The notes beneath the pieces were generated by a model. It made no database searches, was not told the origin of the DNA, and saw nothing but the letters and a program-made list of their open reading frames with translations. Below are positions 38,822-47,755 of a stretch of DNA of 47,755 nt, piece by piece. The first letter of the stretch is position 1. Each line of letters opens with the position of its first letter. This DNA is from Octopus bimaculoides (taxonomy: Eukaryota). The position numbers and the translations under genes were made by a program. Location: assembly GCF_001194135.2 (NCBI RefSeq), contig NC_068993.1, positions 13,896,598 to 13,944,352 of the forward strand, read 5' to 3'.

Positions 38822-39029
38822 TTCTGTTATAGGCATAAGGGCTAAAATTTTGGGGGAGGGGGATAGTCCATTACATCGACCACAGAGCTCAGCTGGTACT
38901 CATTTCATCGACCACCGAAATGCTGAAAGGCAAAGTCGGCCTCGGCGGAATTTGAACTCAGAACGTTGCGGCAGACAAAATACCGCTAAGCATTTTGCCC
39001 GGCGCGCTAACGATTCCGCCAGCTCACCG
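38822..39029 (-). mobile_element. SINE family B, best-preserved copy (tRNA head; body resembles Nin-type SINE domains)
   Basis: The minus strand reads GGTGAGCTGGCGGAATCGTTAG (A-box-like), GAGTTCAAATTCC (B box), then GCCGACTTTGCCTTTCAGCATTTCGGTGGTCGATGAAATGAGTACCAG. The Nin assignment is from memory. Confidence 0.85.
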
Positions 39030-39074
39030 GAATATTAGAAACAATCAACGACATCATCAGCAGTAACACAGCAG

Positions 39075-39389
39075 AAGATGGAGAAGAAGAAGAAGAAGNN
39101 NNNNNNNNNNNNNNNNNNNNNNNNNNNNNNNNNNNNNNNNNNNNNNNNNNNNNNNNNNNNNNNNNNNNNNNNNNNNNNNNNNNNNNNNNNNNNNNNNNNN
39201 NNNNNNNNNNNNNNNNNNNNNNNNNNNNNNNNNNNNNNNNNNNNNNNNNNNNNNNNNNNNNNNNNNNNNNNNNNNNNNNNNNNNNNNNNNNNNNNNNNNN
39301 NNNNNNNNNNNNNNNNNNNNNNNNNNNNNNAGAAGAAGAAGAAGAAGAAGAAGAAGAAGAAGAAGAAGAAGAAGAAGAAGAAGAAGAAG

Positions 39390-39418
<29 letters not shown>
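39075..39418. repeat. (GAA)n microsatellite spanning a gap
   Basis: GAA units flank both sides of the N-run at 39099-39330. Confidence 0.95.
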
Positions 39419-39420
<2 letters not shown>

Positions 39421-39544
39421 TAATGACGAACAAGCAAACAAATAAAACAGACGGAAAATAAAAAAAGAAAGGGAATAGTTTAAAAGAAACGCTGCCTGCA
39501 ATTGCTGTAAAGTAACCTGAGTCTCCTTGTCGCTGTTTTCACTG

Positions 39545-39699
39545 CTGTTGTTGTTGTTGTTGTTGTTGTTGATGATGATACTGTTGCCGACGTTGATGAT
39601 GATGGAAATGATGATTATGATAATAATTATAATGATGACGGTTGATGAAAATGATGAGGATGATGACGACGACGACGATGGTGATGATGATGATAATCA

Positions 39700-39733
<34 letters not shown>

Positions 39734-39970
39734 GGTGGTGGTGATGGTGATGATGGTGATGGGGCTGATGATGATGATGATGATTATGATGATGATGATG
39801 GTGATGATGACGATGGCGATGATGACGATGACGATGATGACGACGACGATGATGATGATGATGATGGTGATGATGACGATGACGACGATGACGATGATGA
39901 CGATGACAATGATGACGATGATGATGGAGATGGTGATGATGATTATAATGATGGTGATGGTGGTGGTGAA
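39545..39970. repeat. Long degenerate (GAT/GAC/GGT/GTT)n trinucleotide tract
   Basis: Read directly. It produces the poly-D, poly-M and poly-H ORFs in the track. Confidence 0.92.
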
Positions 39971-41420
39971 GCAGCATGCAAACGGTGTTCACTAGTGATA
40001 GCCAAGCTGATTAACTGCTCTTCTTCCAGTGGTAAAATTTTAATCACCAAAATGTAATTAGTGCCTGAGCTCCATCTCACATCCTCAGAAATAAAGGTCT
40101 GACTATAATTGCAGGAGATAAAATAAACATTAAAAGTTCAAAACACTAGGAAATGGCCCCAGAAGTATCTAATTAAATCTTTTATATGGACAATAAGTTA
40201 ATACATCAAAGTAGCAGTATCGTTTCCAGTTTATTGCTAATATTGATTTATTTTGTTTAGCAATCACTTTTGATCGGGTGGCAAAATCAAATTGAAACAA
40301 AATCGTTTATACTTTTAAGTTTGTCTATTTAAGTCATCGTTAAAAACATGAACTTCACAATATCTTTCTAATAATGTTTAATAATTATCTTTTGGACTTC
40401 ACGTCAGCTATATGAACGTCTATCAAATCTAATATTTATCAAACATCCAGGTTGGAGAGAATTTCCGTGGGACTTGCTCGAGCAACTAGTAAAAAAATTC
40501 ATTATTCTGTCGTTGAGCACAAAATAGAAAACTGAAATAAGCTAGGTCAAACGTTAAAAAAGACAAAACAAGTTAGTTCTGCATGTTGTTTATCTACAAA
40601 CAGCTGCTTGTCAGCCCTATTCTTTTCTTCCATGTAGTAGGGATCCTTTCATTGGCTTCAGTAACAACACACACACACACACCCACACACACACACACAC
40701 ACACACACAACATATATATTTCTAATTGCTAATAAACCACCGCTTTTATGGTTGTCGAAATTTCTCTCACATTTTTCTGACACATACTCAAAACGCAAAT
40801 ACACGTAACTAGCTAATTATCTTATTTTCAAAATCTGAAGGTACTTTTAAACTAGCAATATGAACTATTGCATTGTTTCTTTAGATTTTTCTTATTGGCG
40901 GATTTCTGCAGTGATTTCAAGATAAGCCGAGGCAACAAGATCAAAGAACTCTTTAATCACTAAGTCGTACGTTTTTAATAAATTATTAAATTTTTCATGA
41001 TTAAATCCGTTTCAGAATATCTATTTCCTTTTAATTACATATATAAACACTCTCAAAATCGATTGCATGCGTAAAATGCTAGGTTTCTACGAATCCTACT
41101 GAAATCTTGTATTGCAACTATTATACAGTTCTTGAAAGTATATAGCGCAAAATGACGGATTACAATACAAGATAGAATTTTACTTGAAACTGAAATTCAA
41201 CATCGTAGAAGTTTTTTTTTACGTATTCAAAAACAAAAGATGTTTTCTATAATTTTTACAAATATTTGAAGAACGATATCATGATGTTTAAGATTACGTA
41301 GTTCCGAACACTATTGTGTGTATCATAGATTTGATTCCACTGAAGTCTGGCTAAAATTTGGTAAAGTAAACTGTGTGACCTTGTCAAATGGAAATAGCGG
41401 AATTTCGAAAGTAGTCCTGA

Positions 41421-41776
41421 TTTATCATTTTACTTTTCTCCTCCTTTGTACGGCCACACCTCGAACATTGCTGCCCTCTGTGGTCTCCCTATACAAAACA
41501 AAACATCTCGAAAATTGATCACTCCAGAAGGCATTCACTAAACGAATTAAGGCTATAACTGATCTCGATTCCTGGGACCACCTTAAAGCCTTGAAACATT
41601 ACTCTCTCCAGCTCCGCCGCGAACGGTACATCATTTGTACGAAGTAGAGAATATATCGCCAGCATTGCCAAAACGACCTGAACATTAGTTTCAAGGTTCA
41701 TCCAAGGCTGGGACCACGGGCCATAGGTCCCCTACCCAATACAGGATCACAACATATAGGTACACTGTTACACGAG
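41421..41776 (+). mobile_element. CR1-group LINE ORF2 C-terminal fragment, decayed
   Basis: Reads FIILLFSSFVRPHLEHCCPLWSPYTKQNISKID. After a frameshift near 41520 it reads LQKAFTKRIKAITDLDSWDHLKALKHYSLQLRRERYIICTK*RIY. This matches the CR1/L2-type LVRPHLEY...WSP and YSLERRRER motifs. It was missed by the ORF track. Confidence 0.85.
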
Positions 41777-41849
41777 TGTCTGTTATTTTCATTTTATTAT
41801 CGAAATAAAGAATGCAATGTAGGTTTAAAGTCTTGTGACAAGGGTAGAA

Positions 41850-42017
41850 TTTCAAGGGAATGGATGAGTTGATTACAGTACTCAGCTGGCGCTTATTTAA
41901 CTTCCTCGAAAGACACTTTGAACTCAGAACAAAAGACAGACAGAATTTGAATACGGAACGTAAAGACGGACGAAATACCGCTAACGATTTGCTCGGCGTG
42001 CTAACGATTTTGATAGC
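41850..42017 (-). mobile_element. SINE family B, diverged copy with an internal 29-bp duplication
   Basis: GTACTCAGCTGGCGCTTATTT...GAAATACCGCTAACGATTTGCTCGGCGTGCTAACGATT is colinear with 38880-39020. Confidence 0.75.
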
Positions 42018-43566
42018 TAGACACTTTGAATGCAATTACAGGTATAAGGAAATTATATAGGATGTTCATATATTATATGTCATACTTTCTGCCTGTTGTC
42101 GAAAATGTCCAACTTATGTTCAAATCTTGACAAAGAATGTTTGAAAATATGGTTGAGTAATATGATGTGCTCGTTTTACAGATTTTACTTTGAAAAACTG
42201 CTGATATCAGTCTAAATCCTCAGTGGCATTATGAAATCTCATTTGAAATATCGCACAATTCAGCAATCGTAACGCTACTGCTCAATAATGGCATTAGACA
42301 GAGCTCTCTCGTGATTTTCATTTCGGTATAATAAATCACTGACGGTGAAGTGATCGAATCTTTGGCAAGCAAGATAAAAGCATGGCTCTCTACGTTCTGA
42401 GATCAAATAAAGCCGAGGCTCATTATGCCTCCATCCCCATGGAAAATTAAGTAAAGTACCACACAAGTACTGATTCGATGTATTCCTCTACTTTTCAAAA
42501 TTTCTGGTATTGAACGCTGTAAATTTCTTCCCTTGAATGTCCAACAGATCAGGGAAAAATTGAAATCTCGGTCACTTGTATGCAAAGGAAAACAGACAAC
42601 TGACCTTATAAATCCTAGACCTCACTAATAAATAAATAAATAAATACTCCATGCATAAATAAATCACATGCGTATTGGAGTTCTGCTTGCATATTTCCAA
42701 TTGCATAAATAGGAAACTCGAAAGAGAAGAGTAACAGCGATTGTGAAGAGCTTCTGTCCGATGTTAATTTTCAACTATACAGCAGCTCCCTGTTGAACTT
42801 ATCACTTTAATTGATCCTATATTTTCCTATGAGATAATAAAGTATTCATAAAATTGATGTTGATGGTGTAATTGTTTCTTTTATCACTGAAGCACTGGCA
42901 TTTTTATTAGAGGTGTTAACGACCATGTTAGTCACTCATCGTTTTGTGGTAATATATACGGTTAAACTTTGATAATTCTATACTAAGCAGTCTTATGATA
43001 TTTATATGCTTATGTTTTAAATATCATGCATTATCCATATACAAAACAAAAAGCAAACAAAAAAAAAAGCAAAAGCGCTGTAATGCATAACCCGGTGATG
43101 ACAGTTCATACCATCATAAAAAACATCCTTGTGTTTGTATTTCTAGAGTCACCCTGGCATGGAAGGTGTGAGATCGAAAGTGATGAATAGAGAGGGAGAG
43201 AAGGAGAGAGGTAACGAAAGAAGGAAAGAAGAATATTGCACGTGATTAAATGCTATAGACGTAGGGAAAGCGGAAAATCGTGGACACTTGATATATGCAT
43301 TGACAATTTTGTTGCCTACAATATTAGTTATATATATATATATACACACCGATGCGTACATACATACATACATACATACATACGTATATACAGACACATA
43401 TGAAAACTTACATGTAGACGCATAGTTCTTTATTTCTGTTATATGTTTCACTCCAAAGGTTGTGGCCATGCTCATATATATATATAAATAAATAAATAAA
43501 TAAATAAATAAATATATGTGTGCGTGTGTGCGAGTGTTTCTATGTGTGCATATATGTATGTGCATG

Positions 43567-43597
<31 letters not shown>

Positions 43598-44380
43598 ATA
43601 TGTATGTACGAATGTACGTATGTATGTATATATGCAGGTATGGAATGTGAGACAAAGATAAATGAATGAATGAAAGAGAGACATTGAAAATTCCCTTTAT
43701 GAAATAAACCGGGTAATAGGTGACATCAGTCTTAGTCCAATACACATTCTGAAATTACCACGACGTTTCGAAACTGTTGTCCATCCTACACACTTCATAT
43801 CATCTCATCATAGTGTTCACCTTCCTCCGGAATACAGTAGGATATCACATACAGCCGCACCGCTTGATGATCTCGGTGAAATGAAGTGATGTTTTGACAA
43901 TTGAATAACGCAAGTCTTTTATTGGAACACCCTTTTAAGCAATGGATGTTTCTTCATTTTCTACTAATGTCAGTTGACCTAAATATAGAAAATGATATAT
44001 ATTTCAGACGTTATGGAATGCGACATAGCGAGATCATTAAATAAAATATATAGAAAGAAATAAACTAGTCAAAAATAATGAGATCAATTAATGATAAAAT
44101 ATTACATGTACAGAGATAAAATATTATGTGTAATTCCTATTTCGTATATGTATGTATATTATAAATGCTGTAAGTAGCGTCGTCTTATCCTAATGGGGTT
44201 TCAAGTTTTTATATTCATTCACGTTAGGCTGATCAGCTTCCCTACCAATGGGTTAATGTTTTGTCTGAATTGAACTAAATATTTTGTAGCTTAACTCAGA
44301 GTGCCAGAGTATACTTATCACTGAGAAGAAGAAATTAAGTCAAGCCAACGTATCTGATGAAATGCCGTCAACAATATATA

Positions 44381-45279
44381 CGAGCCACGTATTTCTAATG
44401 AATAACGTCTCTGAGAAACTATGACAGGTCTCCAAAAATATTTAGAAATCACCGAAACGTTTATTGTCAACGACGTTTATATCATTTTATAGTTTGAACA
44501 TTTATCTATGTTTTTGCTTAATCGCCATTTCGGTTGATACATTTTGTAGGTTCTGGGGCAGTTTTTGCGTGCCTATGTCATACTAACTCACGGCCATGTC
44601 GTTCAGGAAGCGGTAAACCTCATCTGTCGCCCAGTCTTCGTTGCTGAAGTGCGTTCCGGTCAAATGTTCATTGAATTTAGGGAACAGGTGGTAATCACTT
44701 GGTGCGAAGTCCGGATTATAAGGTGGGTTGCAGTTTATGGTCTTCTGTGAGCATTCGTGGGACCTATCTTGCGCACATCTTCCGATATTGCAACTTTTCA
44801 CTGGAAATCTTATGAATGGTGCTCCGGGGAACCTCAGGAACCACAATGCAGAGATCATCGAGAGTGGTCCGTTGATAATCACCCAAGATTTGTTCAACCT
44901 TCGCGACTGTCTCGTCGGAAATTGATGGTCGCTCGCTTCTTTCTAAGTCATGAATTTCACTACGACCAGCTGGAAACACCCTACACCACTTGCGGGCGTT
45001 TTTGACATACATGCACGACTTGCCAAAGACTTCCGTTAATTGGTGATGAATGTCAATCGGTTTAAAACCTTTTGCGTTCAAAAACCGTAAAACTGCGCGA
45101 ACTTTACAGTTGACGGTAGGGTCAATCGGGAGCTCCATCAGATACAACTGTCGAGCCAACTCTGAGCGAGGCAGGCGCACTCGCATGCACAACAAACCCA
45201 ATAGTGTTACCAATGACTGCACGCACAGTCTCCCTGCGTTCCCAATGCTTTGGAGAACTTACTTTTGGGATTACCTTCG
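44381..45279 (-). mobile_element. Mariner transposon, internally deleted
   Basis: The 5' end on the minus strand is TA|CGAAGGTAATCCCAAAAGTAAGTTCTCCAAA (TA at 45280-45281). It contains a transposase remnant. The other end is imperfect: TA|CGAG at 44379-44384 and TCTCCAAA at 44429-44436. Confidence 0.88.
44506..45138 (-). pseudogene. Mariner (DD34D) transposase pseudogene
   Basis: MELPIDPTVNCKVRAVLRFLNAKG (N-terminal HTH region) leads to YRKMCAR*VPRMLTEDHK, the WVP motif with W changed to a stop at 44764-44766. This is fused to PPYNPDFAPSDYHLFPK (YSPDL motif) and a C-terminus YDIGTQKLPQNLQ..CINRNGD. Stops and frameshifts are present. Confidence 0.92.
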
Positions 45280-47755
45280 TATAAGTGAGTGCATGAATAT
45301 ATATGTATGAATAAATGTGTCAATAATGCCGAATTGCGTTAACGAGCTGTTTGCATCTGTATACCTCTAAAAATCGTCTTGTTGAATTTTCTGACATAAA
45401 CATATATACATATATATCATATTTTTATTGTGTTCAGAGTTCCCTTCTGAACAGTCTGTCTACACACAAAAACTGGTCTGTGCGCATACAGAGGCCAAAT
45501 AAATATCGAACAATACTTACACTCACGCACGTACATTTACAGCCGTATGCTTGCACATATGTATGTTCAAACATGCGCACACAGACACGCAGACACACGT
45601 GTGTGTATTGTGCATGTATGAATGTATGCATGTGTGTGAGTGTGTAAAGAAACTACCGCGCTCCAAAATATTTCCAGTATATTATTTATGATTTAACAGT
45701 TCACCATGAAACTCCTCCATCAAAGATATAAACCATTAGTATTAAAATATTAGCTTAATTAAATTTATGGAAGCGTACGTATTAAAGGTTATAATCACCA
45801 TACCTCTGACAAATATTTTGCTGATTTTGTATATTCATATATTCTGAAAGCCAGACATATTTGCGAACATGTATTGATAATGAGATGCATAGATTATAAT
45901 GAGTTTTGTGATAAGAGTTTGGTACTGTGGAGCAAACGTGTTCGTTAACATGGCAATGGTACGGTTTGGAAATTTCGAAGTCTCTACTAAAAGATAATGT
46001 CTGCAATTTAATCATCATATCAAATCTCCTGTTAATGATTCCACTGATTCTATTCCTACGTTTTAAATAGAAAGAACATATTAATGAACTTTTATCTATA
46101 CATGAAAATTTCCATCGAAAACATGGCGGTAGTAGCGCTGGGATATCTTATAAAATTACTTTCGTTGATGTTGATAGCATAAATGGACCTCCAAAAGGAG
46201 ATTACAAAGCGTTCAATGTTTCCATTAGAAACCGAGATAAGTCGCATGGCTTCCTTTTGTCCGATAGATATTTGTAGAAAGGGATTACTGGCAGGATTAG
46301 AAATAGCTTGCTTTCATTCTTTCTTTATCTTATTTGTTTTTTCAATACACATTGTTATTTGTTCAGTGGCATTTGTTCTTTTTCATATTTTGTTTATTTA
46401 ATGCTATTTTCTACATTCTTAATTATATATTGCTGACGATGTTTCCATTTCATTTATAATTTTTCTACCATTGTATCTACGTCTATTTCTAAATGTATGT
46501 GAGTGTGTGTTGTATTGTGTTGTGTTGAGTGTGTGTGTGTGTGTGTATGTGTGTGTGTGTGTGTGTGTATGTGTGTGTGTGTGTGTGTTCATGTATGCGA
46601 AAATGGATTATTATTATCATCCGAAGAATTGATGTATATTAGCTTGTCTGTGGAGCCATATTGACGAACAGTCATTATATTTGCCCCTCCATTACTCAAC
46701 TTATGCAAATACATACACTATACATAAATGTATATGCATATGTATATATATGTGTGTGTTTGTGTGCGTATGTGTGTGTGAGTGTATATATATATATATA
46801 CTCGTGTGTATGGTGACTATTTACTTTAAAAAAACCACTCTAATTGTTATATTAGATGCAGAATATCTCCGTGTCATGAACTATCAAACCTCTGCTGTCG
46901 TTTTGTTGGAGTGGAGGATAGACAAATTAATATAGGCACAATATTACAGCCATATAATTATCCTGTAAATACATGTGTATGTATTTATCTAACTATGCAT
47001 GATTGTGTGAATGCATGTACGCATATATGTCACACCACTCTCTAGCTATTTGTTTTCCAATCTATATCTATATATACATAGAGAGATAATGCGTGTGCGA
47101 GCCCGTGTATGTAATTTAAAAACTTGCACACGCTATCAACAAAAACACTTCATAATGATTTGATTGGGGAACGTTTCTCGTCACAGGATCTAAATAAATT
47201 ATATGATACTCTACAATTTCAATATGAAATTCGATTGCAGCTATTTCAAATGAGATATATGTGTCTGTATATGTTAGTGCGTGTTTGTGTGTATGTGTGT
47301 ATGTGTGTGTGAAATAGTCTATGTGCGTTAGTGTTAATGTATGTATGTGTTGGTGTTAGTGTATGTGTATATGTGTTTGTGGGTGTGTTTGAAAAAGTTA
47401 GTGAAGGGGGTCGAATTGCAGTTGTGAGATAAAATAGAAATCATCTAGTATACTTCCACAAGCTCTCAAGTCGTTGCCGTCCCGATTTCGAGTTCATCCC
47501 AAGAATTGCTCATTTGAAGGCTATAATACCTTCGACGTGAATCTTGGATACAAGAGGATAACGTTGTACTGTAAGTGAAAATTAGAAGACTATGTGTACA
47601 GGAAGTAAATAGAATCGCTCGATGTAGACGAAAACCTGTTAATTCATGACGAAGTTGAGCATGTTTACATTTACATTTCCTCCACTTAATATATAACTAC
47701 ATGTGGATGTTGGCGATTTTTACCCCCCATCTTCCTGGCATTTCCTCTGTCTCTT

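Noticed and set aside
39527-40057. Poly-Asp ORF suggesting an acidic biomineralisation-type protein
   Set aside because: It starts at a non-ATG codon, all overlapping frames are open because of the (GAT)n repeat, and there are no flanking domains or splice sites.
43900-43935. TTATTGGAACACCC, resembling a Tc1-type terminal repeat
   Set aside because: No partner TIR or TA junction, and no convincing transposase residue.

Overview
This is AT-rich eukaryotic DNA, saturated with microsatellites and interrupted by 12 N-gaps, consistent with a short-read scaffold. The repeat families resemble, from memory, the tRNA-derived SINEs of octopus, so the source is probably a coleoid cephalopod (inference, not verified). 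I can support no intact host protein-coding gene, tRNA or rRNA gene, or CRISPR array. Nearly all ORFs in the supplied track come from reading microsatellites or N-runs. What is supported is a transposon graveyard. It contains three tRNA-headed SINE families: A (9 pieces, with a CORE-like box and an internal microsatellite), B (4 copies) and C (1 copy). It also holds an internally deleted mariner transposase pseudogene, a 221-bp mariner MITE, a putative MITE with 13-bp TIRs and a TCA target duplication, a CR1-group LINE ORF2 fragment, a probable RTE fragment and a Penelope-like terminus. The best leads are: (i) a decayed minimal hammerhead-ribozyme motif at 6412-6447, with two weaker look-alikes; (ii) a sequence module shared by SINE families A and B, suggesting modular or chimeric SINEs; (iii) a head-to-head (CTAT)n/(ATAG)n array able to form a long hairpin; (iv) a few weak plus-strand exon candidates. 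I found no convincing novel multi-gene system.
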